DNA from: Anthoceros angustus
Lineage: Eukaryota; Plantae; Anthocerotophyta
Length of the DNA stretch: 64,000 nucleotides
Assembly: GCA_010909165.1 (NCBI GenBank)
Contig: MU008191.1
Location: 372,001 to 436,000, forward strand
Direction of reading: 5' to 3'
Position numbers and translations under genes: made by a program. Each line of letters opens with the position of its first letter. Positions within the stretch are counted from its first letter, which is position 1. This document shows, piece after piece, positions 1-13,529 of the stretch. A model generated the notes under the pieces. That model had not been told where the DNA came from. It searched no databases and worked only from the letters and a program-made list of their open reading frames with translations.

Positions 1-2042
1 TGCATTCATAAGGACTCGACGGGAAGTTTTTGGCTGCATTTTGTACTAGCAAATCTAGCACTATTTTGACTGCTTGTTCCCATGAAGTCCCTGGCGTGAA
101 AGGTGGTCCACATCTAGTAAACAAAGAGGTAGTGTTTGGTGCGATAATGTCTGCCAAGATGTAGTGGACGCCTGTTGACATATGTAGATGAAAAATTAAT
201 AAGATAAAGAAAAAAAAGTGGCTAGTACTATTTGCTCGAAGTCCTTTCATCTAGATTTCTATGGTTATGGTTCCAACTCATAGACATGATGATTCAAAAT
301 ACTACAATCAAAATAGAAACATTGTTATCTTTATATAAAATAATCTATAGGCACAAGGAATCTCTTATAAACGAAGTATGTAGTGAGAGTTTACCTCACA
401 AGGAGAAAATTTCCTCTAAATTAGTAGCGTTGAAATAGGATCATGAGAAGTCCTAGAGAATTTCTATGTCAAACTTGACTTGTTTGGCATAGTTTATTCT
501 TTCTCACTTGTAAAGTATATGATGAATAGATAAAAATATATTTAAAATATTTTATTTGTAGAACGACATATTTCAATTATTCCAGGTAGGACAACAATAT
601 AATATGTGGAGTTCCATATATACAATTTTTCCTGACAAAGTTATTATTGAGAATTTTAAAAGAATTAATAATTCTTTATATGAAGTATGATGTAATTCGG
701 ATCACTACCTCTATTAATACATAAAGATACTCAGCTTATGTTTTGGTAGTTGGATAGATCTTTATCTAAAGTTCAAAGATGGGACGGTCCCATCTATATG
801 AGAGAAGTTGGAAAGAAACCTATCACGGGTTGAGAACTATGCTCCATTATCACTAGTCAAAAATCTCCTACTTATGCCATAATCATCGAGCTTGTTGAAG
901 AAACGCTCCCTACATTCATTATGTTCTTCCAAAGCATTATTCCTTGGAAAGTAATGAATATCATTGTATGATATGATGTATATACAAAGTTATTGGTTAA
1001 GAAAGTATAAAATAAATAAATAATATTATATTAACTAATTATATATTAAATGAAGATTGTATCGTTACATAAGAAAGATACAACAAAAGCCTCAACGCAT
1101 AGGATTAAGAGGCTTGATAAACTACATAGAATTAGGGTTTTAGTGGTGGTAAAAATCTCACCACTACCTTAGCTCGAGTTCAAGCTCCTAACAACAAAAA
1201 GGTGAAAAAACAGCTCACCCACCTCTCTTCCTTTCTTCGTGATCGTGGGGCTTCCACCTCCTACTTGGATGATAATTTCCCAGTTAAGGATCAGGTTCAA
1301 GCAAGCCAAAAAGGGCGGGAGTCGCAAGGTCCAAAGATACTAAGTAGAGAACGACGGACAGGGGAGGACATCATTTTCTTAGAACGGACCCACGCAAACC
1401 TTTGGACCAGTCCTTTTCTTATTCCACAGCTCTCAGTTGAAAAACGAATGACTGCCCAGGTGGTGGTCACTGCTTGCTGATGAATGACCGACCACGAGAC
1501 AAGATGAGCATACAACAGTTTGAGAGAGACAAAAGTCATCCCAGCTCATACGCGTTCCACTTGTAGAGCCTCCTCGATTGTTTCCTCAACAGTCCTTCGA
1601 CGTCTGCAAAAGGGGCCAGCTGCACGCAATGCACAGGAAGGCTGCAACCAACAGCAGCTGGCTTTTGGTAGTATTTGTAATTCCATGGCCTTTACAGGCC
1701 ACCAGTTGCACAAATGATGTCACAAGGAATCGTATATCTGTCTTAAACAGCTACTTACTCATGTTACATCCACCTGAAACTGTTTCACCAAAAATCCTTG
1801 AACCAGGGATGTGTCATGTGCAGCCAAGAGCCAACAATCAACGCAGTACAATAAAACATCGACCCTGAGGCAAGAACGCATCTGGTCGAAAGATGAAATG
1901 TCATGACCAGGGAAACAATAATCTTCACAAGTCGTGGTTGGTTTTCCTTTAAGCCTGGAGACTGCTTCACGTATGCTGCAAACTGCGGGATCATCACTCA
2001 ACTCCCTCGCCACTCAAGCTTGTCAAAAGCCGGTCCATGTGC

Positions 2043-2891
2043 TCAGAAACTCCAACCCAAAGCCATCGGCAAGGCAACAGAACCGACGATAACTAGCAAG
2101 CGGGGTGCTTCCATCATCCCAGCACCCTTGTCAGCCTTGACGGTGAAGTTCCCGTTGTAACTTCCTGCACCACACACAACCACAAGCCGGTTGAGAATAG
2201 GATGGAAACCCCCCTCACCAACAACCAAATCGGATGAATGCAGAAAGGAAAACGAATAAAAACGCGAGCAGAGAATTGCGTTAGCCCACATCAATGCTCC
2301 CTCACTCACCATTGCTCGTTATCGAGCAGCCCCCGGTGACCGCCGCTTGCACATTCGCCGGCGATGCGAAGGTGTTGAACCGGAACAGGGGATACACTTT
2401 CAGCACGCAAGACAGCTGCTTGATGGTCTGGGAAGAGCAGTTGGCACAGTAGTGATTTGTAAGCGCAGGAGGCACGTTCAGCTTCCCCGTCTCGTTCAGA
2501 AACTTAGCAGCATCCGGGCACGCTGCAGTCTGCACAGCATCCCGCAACACAGAACATGTCAAGTCACGTCACACCCACCACACCACCCGAGGCCCAGCAA
2601 TCCAAGCACGACCACACACCGAGTTCTGGAAGCACAACAGCGCATTGTTATACGCCTGGTTCTTATCAAGGTTCACCATCCCCGTAGGGTCGACAGGAGC
2701 CGGTGGCGCAGACGCAGCCTCTACCGCCCCTGCACGGAATCCGATACCACAACGTCACACAAAATTCCTTCCACACCAGCCAGGACCGCAATGGCCTCTG
2801 ATACGGGGGATCCCATCTCACCCAAGGCGATGCTCAAGAGCAGCACGCAGAGCGTGCCCCAGGCAGCTGCGGACGATCTGCACCTGGCCAT
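2043..2891 (-). CDS. Secreted, probably GPI-anchored Cys-rich protein (DUF7731-like plant family); exons 2891-2822, 2729-2620, 2529-2310, 2164-2043 (173 aa)
   Basis: Manual GT-AG splicing gives one frame: signal peptide MARCRSSAAAWGTLCVLLLSIALGAVEA, then NALLCFQNS|TAACPDAAKFLNETGKLNVPP..HYCANC..CVLKVYPLFRFN..GCS..GNFTV, and a hydrophobic C-terminal tail. Family name is from recalled motif similarity. Confidence 0.8.
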
Positions 2892-3247
2892 GGCGCACAA
2901 GGCAGAAAATCGCTCCTCCCAAAGCTCTTCGGAGAAAGAGCAATGGCCTCTCGTTGCGGAAAGAAGGCCGGTGATCAGGAAAGGCGACGGAAGGGGCAAT
3001 TTGAGGAAGGCGGAGGGGGCAGGGGCAGCCTCCAGCTGAATCCGGATCCAGGGCCAAAGACGATCCCGGCGAACCGATGCGGGGGCCCGGGTCCAGGCTG
3101 GGGCACACAACAGTGCAATCCACAACCTCAGGCAAGGACAGCGTGATCCATAGGAAAAGCTGTGACAGCTCGCTTAGCCAGGCCGCCAAGTCAAAGAGAG
3201 GCCCGCCGGAAGGGAACTCTTCGCCCACTTGAGCTTCACGAGCGGAA

Positions 3248-3326
3248 GCATATTCCGGCACAAAATCGCTGCCCTCGCCGCTTCCGGCCGCGGCGGGGCC
3301 GGAAGGCCAGATGCCCAGGCATATAC
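3248..3326. promoter_or_regulatory. Two P1BS (PHR1-binding, GNATATNC) elements upstream of PHT1
   Basis: GCATATTC at 3248-3255 and GCATATAC at 3319-3326, 600-670 bp upstream of the PHT1 ATG. P1BS is the established phosphate-starvation element of PHT1 promoters. Confidence 0.7.
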
Positions 3327-3915
3327 TATATCCCAGAGCCGCGGGGTTCGGTTGTCTGGTGACCGGGGCCAGCCGGTGGCCGGTGCCCGCCGGCGGGGCC
3401 CTGTCGGTGACGTGTGCTGGAGATGGCGGGACCTAACCGGGCCCTCGGTTTAGTAGCCCGCCTCGGCTTACCCGCTGGTGCAAACGCCACGGCAGCGTTG
3501 TGGGTTATATCACGGTTCGTGTCCGCCCCGTCCCAGCTCCATCGGCTTGAAGGAGTCGGGAGGCCGCCACTTGGTGGATGTGCGAGCGCCGGATCGTGAG
3601 TGCCCGAGAATCGCAAGCAGGTGTGTTGCAGTGCTGCAGTACGGGGCTCTGGTGCACCTGGTCGGTCCTGTCACCGGCCCCGATGCTCGTGCTGCATGCT
3701 GTTAATGGCAGCCCAGACCCGTGGGCTGGCCATGGTTGGGTTGCTCGCTTGCAGCTGCTAGCCTGGGTGGCCGAGAGATTTGCAGCTCTTCTGTGTGGGG
3801 TTGAGGTGGAAGAAGCTTCTGGAGGGATTAATTTGACAATGTGGGTGTGTGCTGGTGGGATGGACTCGGATGTATGTGCAGGGGATTGACGAGCTAGTTC
3901 CCGGCGGGGATCCCG

Positions 3916-5791
3916 ATGAGTTCCAAGACTCCGGTGCAGCAGGCGCCCTCGGGGCGTCGCGAGTCCGATGTCCTCAAAGCTCTAGACTCGGCCAAGACGC
4001 AATGGTACCATGCGACGGCGGTGATCATCGCCGGGATGGGCTTCTTCACCGATGCCTACGACTTGTTCTGCATCTCCACTGTGACGAAGCTCCTGGGGCG
4101 GCTTTACTACTACGATCCTTCCAGCGGGAAGCCCGGGGTGCTGCCGCCAGGAGTGTATGTGTCGCTTACTGGAATGTCTCTGGTGGGCACTCTGGTGGGG
4201 CAGCTCTTGTTCGGAGCCATGGGTGATGCGTACGGGAGGAAGAAGGTGTATGGAATCACGCTTGTGCTCATGATCGCCTGCTCCATCGGGAGCGCCCTGT
4301 CTTTCGGACACACCGCCAAGGCCGTAATGATAACGCTGTGCTTGTTCCGCTTCTGGCTGGGCGTGGGCATAGGTACGATCGCCTTGAAAGAACCAAAGCT
4401 TGCTGCATGCTAGTTTGTTTGTTGCCATTTCATGTGTCCGAGCACTTGCATTCCCTGGTGCGAGAGCGGTAGCGTGTAAAAATGATTGATTGCATCTCAT
4501 GTGTGTGTGTGTGAGCCTGCGTCGAGCAGGAGGTGACTACCCACTTTCGGCCACCATCATGTCAGAGTATTCCAACACCCGAACCCGAGGCTCCTTCATC
4601 GCTGCAGTCTTTGCCATGCAAGGCTTCGGCATTCTCTTTGGCGGAGTTGTTGCCATGGCCGTAAGTGCCGCTCTGGGAGCGAGTTCGCACAACATTCCGT
4701 CCTTTGATGAAGATCAGATCCGCTCAACCCCTCCAGAGACAGATTTCATTTGGAGGCTCATATTCGCCATCGGAGCCATCCCAGCGGCCATGACTCTGTA
4801 CTGGAGGATGAAGATGCCGGAAACTGCCCGGTACACCGCCCTGGTGGAGGGGAACATGAAGCAAGCGGCAGCAGACATGGCTACAGTTCTCAACGTCGAG
4901 TTCCAGCCGGAGGCCGAGAAGGTGGCAGAACACCAGCTGAAGCCCTCTGAGCAGTACGGACTATGGTCCAGGGAGTTCACCAAGAGGCACGGCTTGCATC
5001 TCGTGGGCACCACTGTCTGCTGGTTCATGCTGGACGTGGCGTACTACAGCCAGAACCTGTTCCAAAAGGACGTTCTCACAGCCGTCGGCTGGCTGAACAA
5101 AGCCTCGAAGATGCACGCAGCCGAGGAAGTGTACAACATCGCCAAGGGGCAAGCGCTGCTCGCACTCTTCACCACGGTGCCGGGATACTGGTTCACCGTA
5201 GCCTTGATCGACAGAATCGGGCGGTTTAAGATCCAGCTGGGAGGCTTCTTCTTCATGACGATCTTCATGCTGGCCGGGTCTATTCCATACTACAAGCTGC
5301 GCGGCCACAAGTGCACCACCAGCGAAACGGGCTTCTGTGGTGGGCACGTGATTCTCTTCGTGGTGCTGTACGGGCTCACCTTCTTCTTCTCCAACTTCGG
5401 CCCCAACAGCACAACCTTCATTGTACCCGCCGAGATCTTCCCAGCCAGGGTGCGGTCGACCTGCCATGGGATCTCCGCTGCAGCAGGTAAACTAGGAGCC
5501 ATCGTAGGCAGCTTCGGCTTCCTGTTAGCCTCACAGGACCCCAAGTATCCGGATCCAGGGTACCACCATGGTTTTGGCACACAGAAGTCTCTGATCTTCA
5601 TGGCTTGTGTCAATGCGGTAGGCTTCTTCTTCACCTTCCTTGTGCCAGAAACTAAAGGGCTATCGTTGGAGGAGCTATCAGGGGAGAACGAAGACATGGG
5701 CATCTTACCATCAGTTCCACACTCCACCACCAGTGTCCATAACACCGGGACCAAAGACACAAGCTTTGACTCCCCCAGAGTGGAAGTATGA
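3916..5791 (+). CDS. PHT1: PHT1-family H+/phosphate symporter (MFS); exons 3916-4372, 4530-5791 (572 aa)
   Basis: Motifs [29 protein letters not shown], signature [57 protein letters not shown]. The GT-AG intron 4373-4529 restores the frame. Confidence 0.97.
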
Positions 5792-8099
5792 TCCTGCCCG
5801 AGGCCTCCATCTTCAAAAGAGGTCTTGGAAAGCCACGTATCACCCGGCTTTCCGACACATCTATATTTTTCCGGGAAGTAACGTGTGAATTGCATCACAT
5901 GGATATGTTCATCAAGCAGTCGACAACAAATTCAGCCAGCATAGACTCTCTTTTTCTCTACAAGGAGGAGAGCCCTATGTATGTTTGAACAACCTTGCCT
6001 ACTCTATGTTCATGATTAAAGCTCCCCTATTTTTTTGCTTATCTTTAAAATTAAAAATATCAACTTAAATTATATAGGTATACACAACTCCTGCCTCTTG
6101 CTTATTTTGTTTTCATAACAATGCTTATAGCTCCGCCGGCTCCTCTTCTTTGGGTTTCGGTCCTATCATAGCCCATGTGAACATTCGGCATCCGAAACAT
6201 GAAAGGTGTAGAGATCGAAAAAGATATGAAAAGTCCATGGATTATACCACACGACCCCATCTGGATCCTTCTCGGGGTGAGCATTGGGGCAAAAGAGAGT
6301 GGGGCATTGGGCCACAAGCGCAGCGTTTCTCCATTTCTGAGGAGAAAAGCATTTCTACATCAACAGCGCTGCGCTTGTGGTCCATGCCCTGTCGCCGGCG
6401 CAGGCATGGAGCGATCGAGGTTTCACACTGGGCAGGAATACAGGAACAGGCACTTTTCGCGACTCCCGGTCTAAGCTATATTGGAACCCTTTCCACATTA
6501 TAATTTAAACGAATGGGATCACGTAGAATATTGTGTTCCATTAACGAGTCATGGACATGGCCCATTTAAATACACATGACAAGAGCCCGGACTCCACTTG
6601 TCGGACCGGCACTTTGTGGGACCGTCGGTTCCCGAGAAAAACTGGGGACTTGGGTCGGGACGTTTCCTCGCGAAATAACTCTATATTCACATGTGCTGAA
6701 AAAGCAAACAGGGCTCAGGGCCCCGACGCCAGTGGCGGTAGAGGTTCCTAGAAGGGCCTGACCTTAAAAGAACCCAAAACGTACTCGAAACCTTAGCAAA
6801 ACCATGTTGTCCAGAGGAAACTTAGTCACTAGCGAAGGAAGATAACTTGGCTGGAGGAGGAGTCGCATATGTGTTACCTTGTCAATCCATTGCTGCACAA
6901 AAAACTCCATAGTAACCTAGGATTCGGATTGGCAACTTCATTGACCACATGTCCCCAATTTTTTTTTTTTTACATATATGGTTAGGGACCGGGACTGAGG
7001 TTGGGACGTGGTCAATCTGAAACTTGGATGGCATCCATCACATTGAAGTAAGCCCGCATCAAACCTCGAGAACCAAGCATAAACCGGTGTCTTCTTCACA
7101 TAGCATGCATGAATAGAATGATGGGCACGTGTGAAGTAGAAGCTGACTACGAAACTCAGTTGTACATGGAGTTCGAATAAGAGATTTTTTGGATAATCAC
7201 AGGGCTGGGAAGCACTCCTTCCAGCCCTTCCAGCAAGCTAGCAATAGGATACAATTGCTACGTCAGTAAAAAATCGGGAGATTTCATTATGGTGATCAAT
7301 GGTTGTAGCCTCAGATGGCGATCGAGAACTTGCCATTAGTACCCTCTTGTTGTTGTGTGGATATTGTTGCCTTATCCTTGTATCTTAATTGCTTCAACCG
7401 GAAACTTGCCTACTAGTGAATATAAGGGTGTTTTGGCAATAGCACGGATAGTGTTCCCACTTATGAATAGCTCTTGAATTGGTTGTTTGCAGACTGAGAT
7501 GCTTAACCCCACAACGACGGCCGTTTTCAGCTATTTTCAAGCAAAAAATTTACAAAATTTACTTAGATTGATTTGTTAGTTTTCAAAATTCAGAAAATTA
7601 TGACCAAGGTTGTCCAACAAAATCTCTATCCAAATATCTATAACATGCTTGATTCTAATTGCAGCTGAAAAAACTATGGTAATAAAAACGATTGCCCATA
7701 AACCATTTCTTACCATGCGAGTGTCTCAAATTGAGCGAAATTGAAACATTCCGTGTTGTTTAGGCATTAAGCAAAAAAGGGGAAAGTATATTAATGTTGC
7801 TTATCATTTACCTCTCATGGGAAGCAACGTTGGCAAGGCTTTTAGATCTCTCGCATCTTGATACGTAGGCCCTCGCTATGACATTGCGCAATATGTGGCC
7901 TCTGGTCATGAACTATGCAATATCCTGGACAACATGGGAGCGTATAACAAGTTGGGCGGATTGCACATGCATTGGGACTAAGAGACTAGGTTCTACAATT
8001 AAACATGCAATCTTTAACATAAAGCGGGGGCTAGTGCAAAGCTAATGAAGGTTCAAATCAATTGTCAAATCAATCTCTGTCAAAATTCTTTAAGCCCTG

Positions 8100-9290
8100 A
8101 CTACGTATTACAACATCCCTGTTCATCAGCTCGACGTCAAGGCTGCCTTCCTGAATAGCTTTTCGGAAGAAGACATTTACATGAACCAACTTGTGGGGTA
8201 TACTATGGATGGCGATAAACTACAAAATATGATCTTTGGTTTCAAACAATCCTCACGTACTTGGAAGGAGGTTGTTTATGAGATTTTTATAAAACTGATT
8301 ATTGCATGTTTTAATGTCAATAATATTGTATACATATTGTTGATTATGTGAATTTTTTCATAAGTGCTAGCCTTGTATGTTGATGATAATATACAATTCA
8401 ACACTTGATTCTTCCACATTTATGTCCTAAGATCAAGAAAATCCTTCCTTCCAAATTTGAGACAAGTAATTTCAGGCAACTCACCTTTTCACTTGGTGTA
8501 CGGTTTTACTTTCACAGCAAGGACAAATATACTATCGATATTCATCAAGAACATTTTGTTCATCAACTTCTTCGTCGGTGTAACATGTCAAATGTTGGTC
8601 TAGTATCCACTCCCATGTTTGCAGGTGAGAAATTGTCTCATGAGCAAAGTCCTACATTAGAGGTTGAGAAGGTAGAGATATCTCTAAGCCTTATACATAG
8701 GCGATAGGATCTTAGATATACCTATCTAATTAGACAATGCTGGATATTACCAAGGCTGTTGGAATAGTAAGTTTGTTTCTTAAGAAGATAGGTTTAGACC
8801 ATCAGATTGTTGTCAAGCAAATTTTTACATACTCAAAAGGCACTTCGAAGAAGGGCCTTGGCTTTCACTGAGGCATTTAGATGGAATGAAGCTCAATGCG
8901 TACAGTGATGTAGACTAGGCTAAAGATCTAGATATGAGAAAAGAGTGTTACAATTCAATATTATTTGCTTGTCCACCACGGAAGCCGAATATGGGGCTAT
9001 GACTCAAGTAGGCAAAGAGATACTTTACAAACGCAGCTTCCTCAAGGGCCTCAAGCAACTTTAGCCTGCACTAACAATGTTGTAGTGTGACAATCAATCA
9101 GCAATTGGTTTGTCTAAAAGTCCTATTTCTCACACCAGATCAAAGCACATTGAGATATCGCATCACTTCATCAAGCAAGTGTTAAAAATAGACAGGAAAT
9201 TTTTTTTTATGTCCCTACATATGAGAACATCTTAGATATCCTAACAAAAGCCTTGCCTCGTCTAATTCATGACATTCGTGTACATATTGG
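8100..9290 (+). mobile_element. Degenerate Ty1/copia RT-RNaseH remnant
   Basis: VHQLDVKAAFLN (8121), EEDIYMNQ, LALYVDD (~8367), SKHIEI (~9140), DILTKAL (~9235), interrupted by many stops and frameshifts. Confidence 0.88.
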
Positions 9291-9546
9291 GAGTTGGTAT
9301 CTGTGACATACCAGCAACCCTATCTAAAGCAAAAGTACACCATATTAGTTTTCCTTTCTACTCATATAAGGTGTGCACGATTGGGTGTCCCAATTCTGTG
9401 GAAAAAAAAAAAAGAAAAGTAGTAACCACTCGTAAGTAAGTATATGTGCTTTACGAAAATGGTGTTTTTTGTTTTTTTTTCCTACTCCTACAAGAAACGG
9501 GATGAGACGAAAAACCATCAGGGTAAGTAGGTGTTGACCCGCACTT

Positions 9547-9901
9547 GAGTCGGCAGCGGTGAGGGGCACTTGTGCGAGGCGGCTGTGAGGGGGAACTAAC
9601 GCGAGGTGACAGTGAGGGAACTTGCGCGAGGCGGCGGTGAGGAAACTTGCGCGTGACGACTGTGAGGGAACTTGCGCGAGGTGCCGGTGAGGAACTTGCG
9701 CGAGGCGGCGGTGAGGGAACTTGCACGAGGCTGCGGTGAGGGAACTTGCTCAAGGCGGTGGTGAGGGAACTTACGTGAGGCGGCGGTGAGGGAACTTGCG
9801 CGAGGCGGCGCTGAGGGAATTTGCTCGTGGCGACGGTGAGGGAACTTGCGCAAGGCGGCAGTGAGGGAATTTGCACATGGCAGCGGTGAGGGAATTTTCG
9901 T
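9547..9901. repeat. GC-rich minisatellite, about 14 copies of a ~25 bp unit (GAGGCGGCGGTGAGGGAACTTGCGC)
   Basis: Head-to-tail units with point differences and no unique spacers. Confidence 0.92.
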
Positions 9902-11244
9902 GAGATGGTGCTGTAGGACGGGAGATAGTTTGTTGTGCGGCATTGCGCGTAGACAAGGCGTTTGTTGTGGTTCATGATTAGAGTGACTTCGAGTGCATGC
10001 TACCTTTAGGTCTGCTGAGCGTTGATGCACAAGCATGCTAGAAATCAACCTTTTGAGCTGTGGTCGGAATCGAAACTAGTCTTTCATTGATGAGGATGGT
10101 GGGAGCTTATATAGTGGGAGCTTCTTGTACAGCTTCAGTGTCTTCACCACTTCTTCTCTTGTATTAGCAACCTTTATAGTCTCTTTTTGTCGCTCACACA
10201 CACTATGAGGTGTTAGTCACCCCTTCATGACAACGCTATAAGCATAGGTGAAGATATACTCATACATATATCAGATACCCCATGCAGTTATGTGAGGTTC
10301 AATCTTCTCCTTTCCAGCCTTTTTATAACTTATTGCCTCTACATGCACCTTCACCTTGTTCTTCTCTTGGTCTTCACTCATGGTGTTGTTGCTAATAGTT
10401 GTATATTTACAATCGTCTGTCTCTATTTTGTATATGTATATCTAACTTGGACATTCTTTAGTACCTTAGATACTCACAAGTGTTTATCAGGACATCTAAT
10501 TGCATCTACTCCAAGCAACGTAAAAAAAATAGTCTATTGTACAATAGTTTTTAAAAATATCTTCAAAATCTGTGTCTTTTTGAACTTTGCCCCGACCCGC
10601 TATACTTCAACGAACAAGGTTACCCTCGGAAGTTTGTGAACATATATATCCGCTGGACACACCCGGTCAATTAGGGCTCTCGAACCTTTAACCTAATTGC
10701 CAAAATGCACTGCTATCGAAGGAGAAATAAAAATCGGGGAAACGGGAAAGGGCAGCGAGTCGTGTCTGTTCGAGCAACTGGCATTGCAAGAATTGGACGG
10801 GGTTGTCTACCATGGCACCCTCCTTTTCCTAAGCACCAATTTGGAATTATGTTGGACCCCTGTGAAACGTTTGATAACAGCCTCTTTACCTGTGACATAG
10901 CTTCCCTGATGGATAGCTTAAACGGGTGGTACAGAATGTGAAAGGTTCGCTGTTGATGCTGGAAGTTTGCACTTTCTGGGAAGAGATTCTACAAGGGTTA
11001 GAAATTCTTGTAGGAGAGATTTGGCAGCCATGTCTTCGAAGTAAGCTCCGGGAAGAATGTGATTTACCCTAAATTGCGTGTTAAGCGCAACCAGCAAGTG
11101 ACGGCTACCGTGTTTTGATTGAAGGCAATATGGTTGTAGGTGCAATGCTGTGAATCCAGTTGGTCCGGGGCCTTGCAGTCTACAAGTTTAGGGTTGTGGT
11201 GTTTGTTGTTAGCACTCTGACAAGGATCGCGTTTCTGTGTCAGG

Positions 11245-12595
11245 ATGTCTGGCTCCGATGTGGTGATGAGTGTGGCCGTGGAAAACATGAGCAAAGAGCT
11301 GTTTGAGGCTGCAGAGAGTGGCAAGTTGGAAGCATTTCAGGAAATATCAGCAGAAGAATTGGCAGGGGCACGTCAATTGAGAAATGAGGACGCCCGTTCT
11401 TTGCTTCATGTGGCAGCTGCCAGTGGCCACAGTAAGGTGTGTGACTTTTGCTGAGTGGCGACACGTTTGAGTTGTGGCAGTAGAAGGAAGGTTGTTTAAA
11501 TGATTGAATCAACACTTATCTCGCTGATCCAGATTGTCAGTTTACTCAGTGATGGCGTTGATGCATCCGAAAGCGGGATCAATGCATGCGATGAGGAGGG
11601 TTGGACTCCCCTAATTTCTGCTGTCAGCAGTGGACGGAGTGCTGCTGTTGAAGCACTGTTGAGAGCAGGTGAGCAAATAGCGCAAGCTTTGTGATGGCAG
11701 GATGGATGTAGCAGGAAGCTCTCCGTCTGCTTTGGCAACCATTTCCCCTGAAAACTTGATGTGATATCCATTTCCCTGTGCTGGTAACCCTCCACATGAC
11801 CATTTTTGCCTCCAATTGACTTGTGCTAGTTTTCAATGCTAGCTGCATTTAGGGAATATATCTGCTTTGACTGCAGCTGCAGTCTTCATATTGTTCTGAT
11901 TGCCCGTGAGATTCATAACTGACACTAACCCCTCAGTGTGAATATGTTAACGGCGTTGCAGGTGTAGATGTCTCTGTACCTAATCTAGGTGGGCGTACTG
12001 CCCTTCACTATGCTGCTAGTAAGGGTCGTGCCAAAATAGCACATACCTTGATTCTCCACGGTGCTAGAGTCAATGTGAAAGACAAGGTTGTGCCTCTTTC
12101 GAAAACTCTGAAGTGCAGGTTTCTCTTGGAAATTGGGATTCCAGAGCATCCTTGTGTCTGACTTGTCGTCTAAATCATCTCTAGGTGGGCTGCACTCCTC
12201 TCCACCGGGCAGCAAGTGCTGGGCAAGCAGAGGTCTGTGAGGTGTTACTGGAGGAGGGTGCAAATGTGGATGCCACCGACTCCACAGGTCAAACACCGCT
12301 GATGCATGCTGTAATATGTGGCAACCAGCAGGTACCACCATCTTTCTTGGTTGGTTTTGTATCTGTGGTTTACAACTGACAAATACACAGTTACGAAGAG
12401 CCAGGAACTACTGTATTGACGTCTCAGGCGTGCTCATGGGTCCTTATTAATGTCTTCCAGGTTGCACTGCTGCTCATACGACACGGGGCCGACGTAGATG
12501 CTCAAGACAAAGAGGAATACACTGTGCTTGGACGGGCATCTGATCAATTACGTCCTCTTCTCATTGATGCAGCGAAAGTGATGCTCGAAGGCTGA
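11245..12595 (+). CDS. PSMD10: Ankyrin-repeat protein, 26S proteasome assembly chaperone gankyrin/PSMD10/Nas6-like; exons 11245-11436, 11533-11668, 11962-12086, 12185-12331, 12461-12595 (244 aa)
   Basis: Ankyrin repeats RNEDARSLLHVAAASG, DEEGWTPLISAVSSG, GGRTALHYAASKG, VGCTPLHRAASAG, and C-terminus VALLLIRHGADVDAQDKEEYTVLGRAS..LIDAAKVMLEG*. All introns are GT-AG and in frame. Confidence 0.9.
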
Positions 12596-13046
12596 AGCAG
12601 TCGGTAGGGTCATGAATAGCGTGTGGGTGACGATTCCTCCCCGCCTTGTACTCCAGTCCACACAGCTTCGAGGATTCAAAAACCAAAAAGGGGAGTTGTA
12701 ATGTTTGGGAGTGGGTAAGAATTCCACAAGGGTGTGAACGAACTTCACCCCAGAACTCACTATGTTACATTGGCGTACCTAGCATATTCACAAATTATTG
12801 CTAGAGCCCGAGTTTCTCTGCCTATGTACAGCGGCTCTCGAAACATTATCTCTACCTAATCCTGTAGATATATGCACGGTATCCTCGTGGCATGCTGTCA
12901 GCGCTACCTTGTTTGCTTGCATGAGGAAGCAGTTCTTCCACTATCATACTGCCAACGAGGGCCTAACAAACAGGACAGCCTGCTCCGCTCCACAAGGGAG
13001 AGTACACGCGCCCACCACAAGGGCCCGCCACAGGGGAGATCCAAAA

Positions 13047-13529
13047 TTAGATGGCCACATACTCAGGGATGCTCTCCAGCGAAGCCACCCACGGCTGCTT
13101 ACTCTTGGACCGTCTGACTGGCCTCTCCTTCCGCTCTGGCTGGTCATTTGCGTTGGCAGCCCTCGTGGCCTCGCTCAGAAGCCTGGTGAGCTGCTGCTTG
13201 GAAATCACCAATTGCGGCGGTGCAAAGGGAATTGGCACTGGCGGTTCATCAGCCTCACAAGCCTCCTCCACAAAGCAGGCGGGGTTCGGCAGGAGAAAAT
13301 ACACCCGGCCGAGCTCAAGAAACGCATCCTTAGCCAACATTGCCCCCTGCTGCTTCAGCGCATTCGCAGGACACACCAGATGATTCGGGTGCGATGCCAG
13401 CACCGCAGAGCACCTCACTCTCCTCCGATACTCCAGAACCGTTCCGTCATTCCGCAAAACCGTCAGAGCACCTTTCCCGCTCCCCGCACCTCTCCGGCTC
13501 CCCCCGGCCTTGCTCAGGAGTCCAAACAT
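13047..13529 (-). CDS. PADRE/DUF4228 domain protein, single exon (160 aa from first ATG)
   Basis: VLRNDGTVLEY..VLASHPNHLVC..LELGRVYFLLP core and the C-terminal WxxSLESIPE motif. Confidence 0.88.
   Translation of the reverse strand: MFGLLSKAGGSRRGAGSGKGALTVLRNDGTVLEYRRRVRCSAVLASHPNHLVCPANALKQQGAMLAKDAFLELGRVYFLLPNPACFVEEACEADEPPVPIPFAPPQLVISKQQLTRLLSEATRAANANDQPERKERPVRRSKSKQPWVASLESIPEYVAI

Noticed and set aside
1-1500. AT-rich stretch with short ORFs (similar stretches at 6.8-8.0 kb and 18.7-21.5 kb)
   Set aside because: Probably decayed TE sequence, but I found no diagnostic motif or terminus to support a call.
9547-9901. CRISPR-like repeated units
   Set aside because: Contiguous tandem units without unique spacers, no cas genes, eukaryotic context.
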